From the NCBI RefSeq assembly GCF_006345805.1, contig NW_021834209.1:1-50759 (forward strand): a stretch of 50,759 nt of DNA. Direction: 5' to 3'. This DNA is from Octopus sinensis (taxonomy: Eukaryota). Below the pieces are notes generated by a model. It had not been told where the DNA came from. It saw only the letters and a program-made list of their open reading frames with translations, and searched no databases. This document shows, in pieces, positions 39,428-50,759 of the stretch. The first letter of the stretch is position 1. Each line of letters starts with the position of its first letter. The position numbers and the translations under genes are program-made.

Positions 39428-39992
39428 GACGCTAGTTAAGGAGTGCGGGGCGGTTCGACACTTTTGAGGGAGCGCGTATTCTGCATGAATAACTTACGCG
39501 CGCTGCTCGAAAGCGCACTGCTGGTGTAGTGAATGGGGAAAGCTTGGTCTGCAATGTTTGCAGTCGTGTATTCTTGTCAAGAGTTCGTTCCTTTTCGAGC
39601 CATGCCTGGCTCGTAAGGGCTGGTTTCCCAGTTACCTTGGCGTATAGGTTCCCCGCCTGGACGGGACGCCGGTCCGCCGCAGGTGAGCTGCAAAATGCAG
39701 GAGGAAAGAGTGAGAGAAAGTTGTGGCGAAAAAGTCAGCAGAAGTTCGCCATTACCTTCTGCTAGAGCCGCGTGTAGCTTAGGTGTTTTGCTCATAAACA
39801 CACACATCCCCCGGTCTGAGATTCGAACCCGCGATCCCTCGACCGCGAGTCCACTGCTCTAACCACTAGGTCATGTAGGGCTCATTAGCCACTAACAGAC
39901 CAACAAATGCAAAATATAAGTTAGCCCTAGAGCGCACAATGTTCCTGAAGGTCAGCAATAGTCTTCCTCGGTTACCAATGGACGGCCATCAT
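39428..39992 (+). mobile_element. RTE-like LINE 3' fragment (C-terminal C2H2 zinc finger) interrupted by a SINE
   Basis: Reads [41 protein letters not shown], then the SINE at 39583-39876, then GLISH*QTNKCKI*. A short 3' UTR ends ggacggccatcat followed by (AT)n. Confidence 0.7.
39583..39876 (-). mobile_element. tRNA-derived SINE family S4 nested in the RTE fragment
   Basis: Minus strand catgacctagtggttagagcagtggactcgcggtc...gggttcgaatctc (A and B boxes). Core ttcgccacaactttctctcactctttc is shared with 41764-42066. Confidence 0.85.
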
Positions 39993-40014
39993 ATATATAT
40001 ATTTATATATATAT

Positions 40015-40551
40015 AGCAATAATAATTCTCTAAACGAGATATAGACAGTAACTGCTCCATAACATAAGGGACGTTAGCCATCTGAATGTGGCTAGGGACA
40101 GGGCAGGGCGGTGGGGGTGTTACTGATGCATTTAGCCCCAGGCGATCATCAACGTCACCAGGAGGGCTGACGCCATCACGGCGTCCTCTAGCCTGCAAAG
40201 GGAGATCATTCCCCGAAGAAGCGGATGCCACATACGGACCTAGGTTTCAAGGTATTTGCCTATTATCAACGCATGGTAGGCACCGCTCCTCGACGAACAA
40301 CTCTCTGTGCAGGATATATATAAAGATTTCACAGTAAATACATTACTGATGTAGAAATCCGTTCGACAGCATAATAATTCTCTAAACGAGATATAGTCAG
40401 TAACTGCTCCATAACATAAGGGACGTTAGCCATCTGAATGTGGGCTAGGGACAGGGCACAGGGCGGTGGGGTTGTTACTGATGCATTTAGCCCACGGCGA
40501 TCATCACGTCACCAGGAGGGCTGACGCCATCACGGCGTCCTGTAGCCTGCA
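40015..40551 (-). mobile_element. 352-bp unit in 1.5 tandem copies carrying a hammerhead-like motif (retrozyme / Penelope pLTR-like)
   Basis: 40021-40197 is repeated at 40373-40551 (period 352), with (TA)n on both flanks. The motif is at 40232-40298. Confidence 0.7.
40232..40298 (-). ncRNA. Minimal type I hammerhead ribozyme-like motif, core altered
   Basis: GUUCG-UCGAGGA-[GCGGUGCCUA...UAGGCAAAUACCUU stem II]-GAAA-CCUAGG (palindromic stem III)-UC-CGUAU. Confidence 0.6.
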
Positions 40552-40570
40552 TATATATATATATATATAT

Positions 40571-40615
<45 letters not shown>

Positions 40616-41245
40616 ATATATATAGATATATATATATATATATATGTCATTAGGTCTGTATAATATATATCTGTATCTTTCTGTCTATCTGTCTCTTCCT
40701 CTCTCCTCTATATATTTATATATTATATATAATAATATATATAATATATATATTATATATATAATATAGAATATAATCTATATATATATATACGTATATA
40801 TATATACATATACATATACATATGTATGTATATATGTTTCATGTATGTATGTATGTACCTCCTACATGCTCCAAATCTTCGAAGGTGGTGGTCATTTCGC
40901 CGCGGACCCTCTGCGCTTACACTCCAATAATCGTCATGCTTCAAACCAGACGCTTGTGTTTCTCTTACGTTGCCGTAAACTGACAGAGGCCATCATTCTC
41001 AACAGTCGACTTTACGCATCTATATGTAAACTAGAAATGACAGAATACAGCTACAAGGTAAACATAGATAAGACAACTAAATATATGGTTGTTATACAGA
41101 TAGCCCTAGAACCTGTTGTGTTTATTTCTAAAAATATATGGAGGCGGGTATAATCAGAATGTAGTATTATCTGTTGGCTCGCTCCCCTCTCTCTCTTTCT
41201 CTCTCCTCTCCGTCTCTCTTTCTCTCTCTCCTCTTTATATATATA

Positions 41246-41474
41246 TTTTCTTTATACCCACAAGGGGCCAAACACAGAGGGGACAAACAAGGACCGACAA
41301 ACGGATTAAGTCGATTACATCGACCCCAGTGGGTAACGGTCTTATTTAATCGACCCCGAAAGAAGAAAGGCAAAGTCGACCTCGGCGGAATTTGAACTCA
41401 GGACGTAACGGCAGACGAAATACGGCTCTACGCATTTCGCCCGACGTGCTAACGTTTCTGCCACTCGCCGCCTT
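41246..41474 (-). mobile_element. SINE family S1 monomer in (TA)n
   Basis: Reverse complement of the 28739-28972 type, with (TA)n on both sides. Confidence 0.85.
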
Positions 41475-41563
41475 TATATATATATATAGTATATTATATA
41501 TATATATATATAATATATATATATATATATAATATATAATATATATATATATATATATATGAA

Positions 41564-41603
<40 letters not shown>

Positions 41604-41631
41604 CGATATATATATATATATATATAATATA

Positions 41632-41673
<42 letters not shown>

Positions 41674-41763
41674 ATATATATATATATATATATATTATCT
41701 ATATATATATATAATTATATCTTATATATATATATAATATAATGTAATGTATGTGTGTGTGTT

Positions 41764-42066
41764 GTGGAGGCGCAATGGCCCAGTGGTTAGGATCGCGGTT
41801 GTAGGATCGCGTTTCGATTCCCAGACGAGCGTTGTGAATGTTTATTGAGCGAAAATACCTAAAAGCTCCACGAGGCTCCAGTAGGGGATGGTGGCGACCC
41901 CTGCTGTACTCTTTCGCCACAACTTTCTCTCATTCTTTCTTCTGTTGGTCTGCTCGCTTAGCCAGCGAGGTGGAGTCATTTGAAGGCTAAAACAATGCGA
42001 AGCGCATTGTGACCAGCGATGTGTAGCAACATCTTATAGCCTGGTCGGTCACGGTGATCACAGTGA
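41764..42066 (+). mobile_element. SINE family S4 (same core, different 3' tail)
   Basis: gtggaggcgcaatggcccagtggttagg...ttcgattccc...ctctttcgccacaactttctctcattctttc...ggtcacggtgatcacagtga. Confidence 0.82.
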
Positions 42067-42164
42067 CCCACACACACACACATACACACACACATATATA
42101 TATGCACATACATATAGTAATTATTCATAAGCGTATACAGATGTGCATATACAAACACAACACC

Positions 42165-42214
<50 letters not shown>

Positions 42215-42249
42215 TATAATATATTATATATATGTATAATATATATATA

Positions 42250-42282
<33 letters not shown>

Positions 42283-42645
42283 TATCTATAATCTATATAT
42301 AGATAATATATATCTATCTATATGGCATGTATATATATATATATATATATATATAGTATCCATGTATAGATATATATACGTTGGTGTGTGCATGTGTTAT
42401 AAATATGAAAGTAAGAAAGCTGCCATACTTATTGTTCGAATGCATGTTAGCAAATGATGGTAGGCAAATGGTAATGGTGTCTCTAAGTAGATACTTTGTT
42501 GCTACTGTTGTGTTTGAGTTGCCATCATGGTTGGAACACTGCACACCGTGCATTTGCGTTTGAAAACTTTTGTCAACCTGTAAATGGTGTGAGCCTTTGT
42601 TGTGGCACGCTTTATGTGTATACCTGTGTGTGTTTGATTGTGTGC

Positions 42646-42698
<53 letters not shown>

Positions 42699-43570
42699 GA
42701 GAGAAAAAGAAAAAAGCAAGAAAGAGAGAGGAAGAGAGAGAGAAAGAGGGTGAGAGAGAAATCTTCAAGAGTACCATTTTGATTTCGGAGAAATAACTTC
42801 ATTTGCACGGTTTTAAAATGAAATTCATTTCAATCCCGGTTGCCGGCGCGTTATACTGGCTGACATTTGTGTCGCCGCAAACGGTTGATTTATGGATGAA
42901 GGAGGAACCAATGCCCGCAGCAGAGAATTTAGACTTTATCTCAAACAAAGAATTAACAATAATATTCATGTGAATATTTTAAATTCTGATAAACGACCCT
43001 GGATAACAAATCTTTTGAGGTATTCTTCGTAAAACTGTTTAGTTTCGACACTGGTCTTCTCTCATTTCCAAAATGGCGTCATTTCGATTGTCACCGTCGT
43101 TATTTTACCATTGAACCACTGATATAGATAAAATATTTTTATCTACGCGTCTAACAATAGTTGTACTGAAGACTCTTGAAGAGTCGATATTCGTTGGAAG
43201 ATTTATAAAAATATTGTTGTAAATAGACACAAAATGGCTAAACATTGTTATTATTCGTTTTTCAACTTTTATTAAAGACAAAAACAAAAATGTACTTCAG
43301 TTTCTTTTTGATAACAATTGAACAAATCCAGATGTCTGTCTGGTAGAGACAAGAAAAAAAAGAATTTGGCCTCAATCTGAATCCGCTTTGTACTGGTGAA
43401 ACGCTCGCAGCCATTTTCACTACAAACAATTGTTTTGTGTAGATAAAGACAGGACCAATACTTTCATCAAGTTCTCCCTTCTGCACAAACAGACAGACAT
43501 CTTGTTTAACATTAAAGAGACGCGACCAAGATTTCCACTGCAACAAACAGGAACATATTTCAAAAATAAT

Positions 43571-43624
<54 letters not shown>

Positions 43625-43889
43625 ATGTGTGTGTGTGTGTATGTGTGTGTGTGTGTTGTTTTCTTTTCTTTGTCTTTGAGATTTATTTAAGTGCTTCTTA
43701 ATGAAGTTCAAGTCGGTTGCTAACAAAGTGAGAAGACGTTTTGAGTTGAGAGAATTTCCCAGCATTTCTAAATATGGCGTTGAGTTATTGTGTGTATAGA
43801 TGTAAGTATATATACATCTGCACTTACGTTCTATGGGAACACATCAGCTTAGTACTTCGGTGTTTGGGCGCGCACGTGTGCATGTCATA

Positions 43890-43936
<47 letters not shown>

Positions 43937-44440
43937 ACAGAGACTTCAGTTTGGACGAAAGTGAAATATTTGCATATTAAGGAGCGGAACCCTATCATTG
44001 TCAATACGAGGGCTACCATTGGTTTCGGGTGGAAATCAGATATTTTGAGATTTTGTATGAAAGGTCTACGTAAGGCAGATATGTCTACCGAGCAAAAGGA
44101 ATTATTCATTTCTTATTTAGAAATATTTGACAAACGAAAGACTATTCTGCAGACCTATATACGGTATCATTGTTTCATAAAACCAGTGGTAGCCTGCATA
44201 TGAATTTACCGTGTTACAGTCAATGAGGATATGTGTGTGTGTGAACGGGTAGAAGGGGTTTGGGTGTGTGTACATACTCACGAACATAGATACATACATA
44301 CATATATATAATGTGTATGATATAGTATATATAAAGTGTATATGTATATATATGTATATGTGTGTGTATCTATATATACATATATATATATATATATATA
44401 CATATATATAGTATATAATTTATTACATATATGTAATATG

Positions 44441-44689
44441 TATATGATGAAATGAAAGAATGGAGTCGAACGAAGATGTTAACAAATTCCTTTACTCTCG
44501 ACATATGTTTCGAAGACAACCTTTTTTCATTCCAAGGAATAAGAGTGCATTATGCAATCTTCTTATCAGGAAAGAAGGGGCACCCTTTATTCCTTTGGAA
44601 TGAAAACATGTTGTCTTCGAAACATATGTCGAGAGTAAAGAATTTTGTTAACATCTTCGTTCGACTCCATTCTTTCATTTAGTCATATA
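44441..44689. mobile_element. Fold-back element (~105-bp inverted arms) containing a hammerhead-like motif (44495-44575, minus strand)
   Basis: Arms 44441-44548 and 44580-44689 are near-perfect reverse complements. Minus strand UUC-CUGAUAA-GAAGA...UCUUC-GAAA-CAUAUG-UC-GAG. Confidence 0.75.
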
Positions 44690-44886
44690 CAACACACAAA
44701 TTTCTGCACATGAACCCGAGTTTCTTCTACCCTTGGACAGGTCGCTTCAACCGTGTTTCTGACGTGAATTTGCTACCCAGGTTTCGGTTAAACGAATTTT
44801 CCATGCTGACGATAAACATAGGATAATTCATTCACCTATTTAAATATTCATATATGTATATGTGTATATATACATATATATGTGTG

Positions 44887-44930
<44 letters not shown>

Positions 44931-44954
44931 TGTATGTATATATATATAAATGGT

Positions 44955-45275
44955 TTACCGTCGGTTACGACGATGAGTGTCCCAGTTGATGCGACGAACG
45001 GAACAGCCTGCTGCTCGTGAAATTAGCGTGCATGTGACTGAGTACTCGATAGACACGCGTACTCCTGACGTAGTTCTCAGGAAGATTGAGAGTGACACCA
45101 AATGACAAAAGCATGCTTTTTGAATTACAGGTAACACTGATTTTTGCCAGGTGAGAGGATTGGTGCAACGATGAATAAAATGTCTTGCCGAAGTACACAA
45201 TGCGCAGCCAAGAATCGAACTCACGACCTTATGACCGTTAGTCGAATACCCTAACCACTAAGCCATGCCCCTTCA
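44955..45275 (-). mobile_element. SINE family S3
   Basis: Reverse complement of 21073-21570 without the insert. Confidence 0.85.
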
Positions 45276-45380
45276 CACACCCACACACACCGCACAAACA
45301 CACACACACCACAATACACACACACGACACACACACATGCGCACACAACATATAAACATACATGCATACATACGTTATCT

Positions 45381-45428
<48 letters not shown>

Positions 45429-45442
45429 ATATATATTATATA

Positions 45443-45820
45443 CTAGCAGTATCGCCCGGCGTTTGCTCGGGTTGTAAGGAAATAACTATAAAGCATTTTT
45501 AGAGAGTTATAGCCAAAAAATAGCAAAAAAATGGAAAAAATGATGGTAAATTTTTTTTTAGTTAACAAAGGTGGAGTTGCGTCCCATGACAGTTTGCAGT
45601 TTGTGTTTCTTCTGATTCTCGACCCCATGTCGAATTTATCGATTTTTTCGGAACTGGGGGAACTTTTCAAAATTTTCGCTGCTGCGTTAGTTTTGAATTA
45701 TGACATTGGGCTATGTGTGTGTCAAGTTTCATCAGAATCGGTTGAAAGACGTGGTCAGGGTGAGGGTACAAGCAAACAGACATACAGAAACACGCACAGA
45801 CAAACTGCCGTTTATATAGA
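45443..45820 (-). mobile_element. Non-autonomous Helitron (family B)
   Basis: 5' TC at 45820 and 3' hairpin plus CTAG at 45443. Copy of 33009-33385. Confidence 0.85.
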
Positions 45821-45963
45821 GAAAGATATACGCACACGTAAATTTGCATATGTATATTTATATAAGTATATGTATAAATACATACAAAATTACACAAATT
45901 TATATATAAATATGTACACACACACACACACACACAGATATATATATATATATATATAATGTA

Positions 45964-46461
45964 CAATTATAAATAAGGGCAAAACAAAAAAAAAATTCTA
46001 TGCCAATGTGCTGCCAAAACTAGACCTTATATTGTCTAATCACATACAATATTCTTCACTATAAATACACAATGTGTTGAAACGAAGAAAGAAAGCTGAC
46101 AGAAATTTGAAGAAAAAAAAATAACTTGCTACAAAATTTCTGTTTAGATATACTTGGGGTACTTAAATGTACACATGACTTTGCATCTGCTTTTTCCCTA
46201 GGTATATGTAAGTGTTCCATTTATTTTTAATCAAGTTTTCCGCTGAGGAAGGAAGAATCCTTGTGGATTAATCCAGAAATCGGTCCAATTCGGGAATAAC
46301 GATTTTTTTTTCTTTAAATTTCTGGTAGCTTGCTTTCTTCGTTTCAACACGCTGTGTATTTACAGTGGAAAAATATTGTATGTGGTGATTGAGGATCTAA
46401 GGTCTATTTTTCAGCATAATGGCATAGAAATTTCTTTTTCTTTTGCCCTTATTTATAATTG
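45964..46461. mobile_element. Fold-back element (~155-bp diverged inverted arms) with a hammerhead-like motif in the loop (46240-46290, plus strand)
   Basis: caattataaataagggcaaaa...cactataaatacacaatgtgttgaaacgaagaaag matches the reverse complement of 46303-46461. Loop: CG-CUGAGGA-AGGAAGAAUCC-UUGU-GGAUUAAUCCA-GAAA-UCGG-UC-C. Confidence 0.72.
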
Positions 46462-46548
46462 TTTCTATTTTCACCTTGAAAGGTATTTTAATATGCCGGC
46501 CACTGATAAAACCTTTTTAGAAAAATGTTATCTTTATATTAGAAGTAA

Positions 46549-46581
<33 letters not shown>

Positions 46582-47214
46582 TGTATGTATGTATGTATGT
46601 ATGTATGTATGTATGTATGTATGTGTGTACGTATGATGTGTGTGTGTGTTTGTGTGTGTGTATACATATACACTCAGATATATAAATATAGTTTTATATG
46701 TACAAACATGCACAGCTGTACAGACATTGTGTGAATGTTTCTCTCCGTGCTGCTCCATAAGTTATGCGCGCGGCTGATAGAGTTTGATAGATTATGTCAT
46801 GGGAGCTGAAGAATAATGGTCAGGAAGTGAACTAATGCCAACTTTTAGATAAGTTCTGAGACTGTACAAAACCTCCCCCAAAGAAGCTCCTACCATTATT
46901 TATTTTGGTTAAGTTAAAGAATATATTCTATTAATCATAAGAATATCTCTTTAAGATGGAGATATTGGTTTGGGTGGGGGTGGGGGTGGAATTAAAGACG
47001 TAATAAAGACGGCTCGACGGTTACCTGGGATATCTCTGATGACGTCACCTTCTGCCTGCACGAGTGACGTCACTCCTTCCCTATCATTATTATTGCACAT
47101 AAACATACATTTAGTAGCAAAGGTGTAATGCGTTCCTCCTAGACAGTCGCCCTATATGCTAGAAATAGTAGCTGTTTAACATCAATTCCTCACCTAAATG
47201 ATCGCGTGGAAGTT

Positions 47215-47700
47215 CCTGGTCTAGTCAGGTGTGGGAGCATGCGCCGTTGTATCGCGTTGCTGCATTCACTATTTGTCGGTATATTCCCCGGGAGTTCTCC
47301 CGGGTCACCCATTCAGTAGAATCCCAGTTAGTCCCCGTCTCCGCAAGACACCTCCTCATCTGCCGTGACGATGTGACATTTGGTTGACCAGCACGAGCCT
47401 CTTGCTCGGCTGGATCCTCAACGAAGAGAACGCAGTAAGCAGAGGGTAACTCGGAAAATCGTACCATGTGACCAAACAGCCTGAGCTAGCGCTCCCAAAT
47501 AATACAAGTTTCAGGACGCTTCTCAGTTTCTGAGTAGAGTCGTTGGTTGGATACGAAATCCAGCGAATGGTAATCCATAATCTATAATCCTGCGAAGCTT
47601 CCGGGTACCAAAGGAGTTCGGGTGGCTCATAAGGACCCTGGACAGTGTCCATGTCTCACAACTATAGAACAGGACGGGAATGACGATAAAGCTCTGCGCA
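47215..47700 (-). mobile_element. Degraded RTE-clade LINE 3' fragment
   Basis: Minus-strand peptides VLFYSCETWTLSR, NSFGTRKLRRI, LRLFGHMVRF and GQPNVT match the RTE post-RT motifs LLYGxETWTL / LRRI / WxGHVxR / GRP. Frameshifted. Confidence 0.8.
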
Positions 47701-47779
47701 GGTGCAATTTCCGGGCATGCAAACATACGTGATAGGCATAGCCCGGGTTGTTTTTGTTTAGGGCAGCCCCGAGGTTGAA

Positions 47780-49190
47780 CATCACCACCACCACCACCAC
47801 CACCAATACCACCAGCACCAGCACCACCAGCACACACGCACCACAGCACACCACAGCCAACCACGCAACCACCAAAGCACCACAGCCAGCACCAACACAC
47901 AGACCAGCACCACACCACCACCCCACCACCAACCCGACACTAAACAACACCACCCACCACCACCAACAAAACAACAACACTATCACACACACACAACAAC
48001 ATCACAGACCATACATCATCCTAGCAACACCAGCACCACCACAACCACAACTACCTACACCATCAGACCAATCAAACCAACCACTACACTACCACCACCA
48101 CAAGCACCAACACCGCCGCCACAACGCCGCAACACTATCTATCATAACTATCTACTCACTACACTACTATCTACAACCTACGTCAACCACTACTACTTCG
48201 CCACCAACCACCGCCGCCGCTGCCGCCGCTATCTATTACTATTACTACTACTACTACTATACTACTACTACTACTACTACACCACCACCACACCAACACC
48301 ACACTATACTCACTATACTACTACTACAACTACCATACTACTACCACCACCACCACCACCCCACCACCACTACCACCACTACTAATACTACTACTACGAC
48401 TACCACCACTACTACAAATATCGCCACCTTAAAAGAAGAACTGCAACGTGACCATCCCTACCGCCCACCATCATTACCAGCACAATAAGATCACCACCGA
48501 CACCACCACCAGCACTACAACAAGATTAACAACACTATCAGCTCCAGCTTCACCTCCACCAGTGCCAGCACCTCCATCGCCACTATCACCAACATCGCTA
48601 CCACCACCGCCCGGAACAACAACAACTAGATTAACAACAACATCAGCGCCAGCGCCACCACTATCATCGCCACTTTATATTTTTATCCCAAACAAATGTA
48701 AATAGATATTTGTGTAGAAGACACAAGATAGATGTATTTATAGGGACGGTATTGTTTTGACAATAGGAAAGGTAAGGAATGATAAGGGTGGGGGGTAGGG
48801 ATGAGGGAGAGAGAGAGAGAGGAAGGAAGAGAGGTAGACATGTAAGAGAGGTATATGAGAGAGAGATAGCAAGAAAGGTCGAGAGAAAGAAAGGAAGGAA
48901 GAAGTGCAGTGGGGGGGGGGCAGAAGAAAAAGCAACGAAACAAAAGAAGATAAAGAAGATAATATGAAAGAAGAAGTGATATGGAATGAAAGGAGGAAGG
49001 AGAGAAGGAATGACCCGAATGAAAGATAAATAGATTGATGGGTTGAAATAACAAGGAATTATAGGGTGAGCGGCAGAGTGAAGAAGGAAAAGAAGAAGAA
49101 GAAGGAAAAGAAGAGGGGAAAAATAGATAAAACATGAAACAATAATGTGAAAGGAAAAAAAGGAGAATGAATAAAGAAGAGGCCACACCC
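47780..49190. repeat. Degenerate (CAC)/(TAC) low-complexity region followed by a purine-rich (GA/GAA) region
   Basis: Seen directly; the ORFs here are poly-Thr/His/Tyr or poly-Phe/Ser read-through. Confidence 0.85.
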
Positions 49191-49591
49191 GGTTTATAGA
49201 CTTGGGTGGGTATGAAGGAGGTATTCGGGGTATACAGGTAGAGTGTGAGAGGATTTATGAAGAATCGACAAAGTTTTCAAGCCGTGCACACATAGGCATA
49301 CGGGTATACACACACACGCACGCACACACACAAATATGCGCACACACACACAAATATGCGGACACATACATTCACATACACGCACATACCCCCGCACAAA
49401 CACGCGCGCGTGTGTATGTAACACACGCGTGCGCACACATATTTACATAATAATGTACACGTGCACTCACACATATATACATAAAAATGAAAAACTGCTT
49501 ATTAATCAGTGTGGAGTTTGTAAGTCTTACTAAAGGAAAGCAATTATTAAAGTCTACATTCTCTAGAAAACACTTAAAAATTCCAATTCTC

Positions 49592-49628
<37 letters not shown>

Positions 49629-50260
49629 CCTTTCACACGTTGCCTTCAGGCCCTAAGGTCATGTTTCCCAGCGCTCGCCAGTTACCTCTCTCGTCCCTGC
49701 CAGAACAAAGGCCTTCGTTCGTCTTTTTCGTTTGTTCTCTTGTTTATTTTGATTTCTCGTATTGTTGTTTATTTCTCGTTTTGTATTTTCTTGTACATGT
49801 ATCTTTAATTTTGTATTTTTTTCTTGTATTTTTTTGTGCAGTTCTTTGTTACGTCCCTTTTTGTGTTACATTATTTTCTTGCTCGTTTTACCCCTCTACG
49901 AGGTTATTTTATTTTAATTCTCTCGTAGGAAGGCCTAGCATGACCAGACTGTCTTGCCTTCGAAACACGCTATGTCTCCTAGTGACAGCTGATGAAGGGG
50001 ATTTTTCCTTGTGTAGCATGTCCTGTACCTCGTTTTTCTGCTGTACATAATGTTTTTCCCGTTTTCGTTTTCGTCCTGTTCCATGTCTCTGTCCTTCTGT
50101 TGTAACAAAATGACTCTTCCGTTTTCGTTTCTGTTGATTTTTACGTCTTTTCGTGGTGACCTGTACGTATATATATTTATATATGCATGTATATATACAC
50201 GTAGATGTCGGTATGTTTGTATGTATGCATATATTTTATTTATTACACTATATATATATA

Positions 50261-50759
50261 TCTATATATATATAAAACTGTAGTTGTGTGAGTGTCTGTC
50301 CCCTTCGATTTAGATTCCTAACTACTCCCAAATTTTGCGGTGCATTTAACAAATTCGGGTATCTTATAGTCGTGATTCATATCGAGCCCGTCTGGGTATT
50401 AGCGCGTCTACGATGAGTCTACGATTTTAAAAATAATTTAACATCATTTTTGATTCCATTTTAATGCATAATTTTCGTGTGTCGATGGCGGCGGAGTTGG
50501 CGTCCATGGTCACACCTGCACCTGTTTGCTTCTCCCCCTTCTTCACTCCCTCGTGAAGCTGTGGGGAAGGAAGTGTAAGGAAATCAAAGTCGTAAAGCGT
50601 TGTCAAGGAGACCAGCGTTCTTTTAGAACAACGACTTCATGGCTTAAGACACCAAAACAGAAATGGCTAAGAAAGCCCGAATTGGCATCTATAAGGGAAG
50701 TAACTCTCTAAAAATGCTTATATAGTTATTTCCCTTACAAACTCTGAGCACGCCGGGCG
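50261..50759 (+). mobile_element. Non-autonomous Helitron (family A), 3' end cut by the window edge
   Basis: Starts TCTATATATA at 50261 and is the reverse complement of 8947-9445. Ends in the hairpin gagcacgccgggcg. Confidence 0.85.

Noticed and set aside
39810-39876. tRNA gene (also the heads at 21073, 28240, 41764 and 45210)
   Set aside because: A/B boxes are present, but there is no complete cloverleaf and each continues into a SINE body.
47748-48488. 246-aa Thr/His/Pro-rich ORF resembling a mucin
   Set aside because: Degenerate CAC/TAC repeat with open frames on both strands and no splice or signal evidence; the sequence also looks low quality.

Overview
Eukaryotic, AT-rich, microsatellite-saturated non-coding DNA (intergenic or intronic). 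The SINE families and repeat landscape look like an octopus (coleoid cephalopod) genome; this is pattern recognition, not a database result. I found no supportable host protein-coding exon, and almost all ORFs in the track are microsatellite read-through. Real coding capacity belongs to retrotransposons: a near-full-length Tx1 (L1-group) LINE on the minus strand (about 12851-18730; CCHC ORF1, APE-RT-zinc-finger ORF2, frameshifted), a second 5'-truncated Tx1 next to it, two R4/Dong-like RLE LINE 3' ends embedded in (TAA)n, and two RTE fragments. There are also many tRNA-headed SINEs, six non-autonomous Helitrons and a hAT MITE. The most interesting signals: (1) at least seven small non-coding elements carry minimal type I hammerhead ribozyme motifs (CUGANGA...GAAA-palindrome-UH), either as a 352-bp 1.5-mer tandem (retrozyme-like) or as fold-back (inverted Penelope pLTR-like) structures; (2) one SINE family carries a 3' tail 34/41 identical to the Tx1 3' end, a candidate SINE-LINE partnership; (3) different elements appear partitioned among microsatellite targets (Tx1 with (TATC)n/(TA)n, Dong-like with (TAA)n); (4) a perfect 5x28-bp reiteration sits at a LINE 5' junction.
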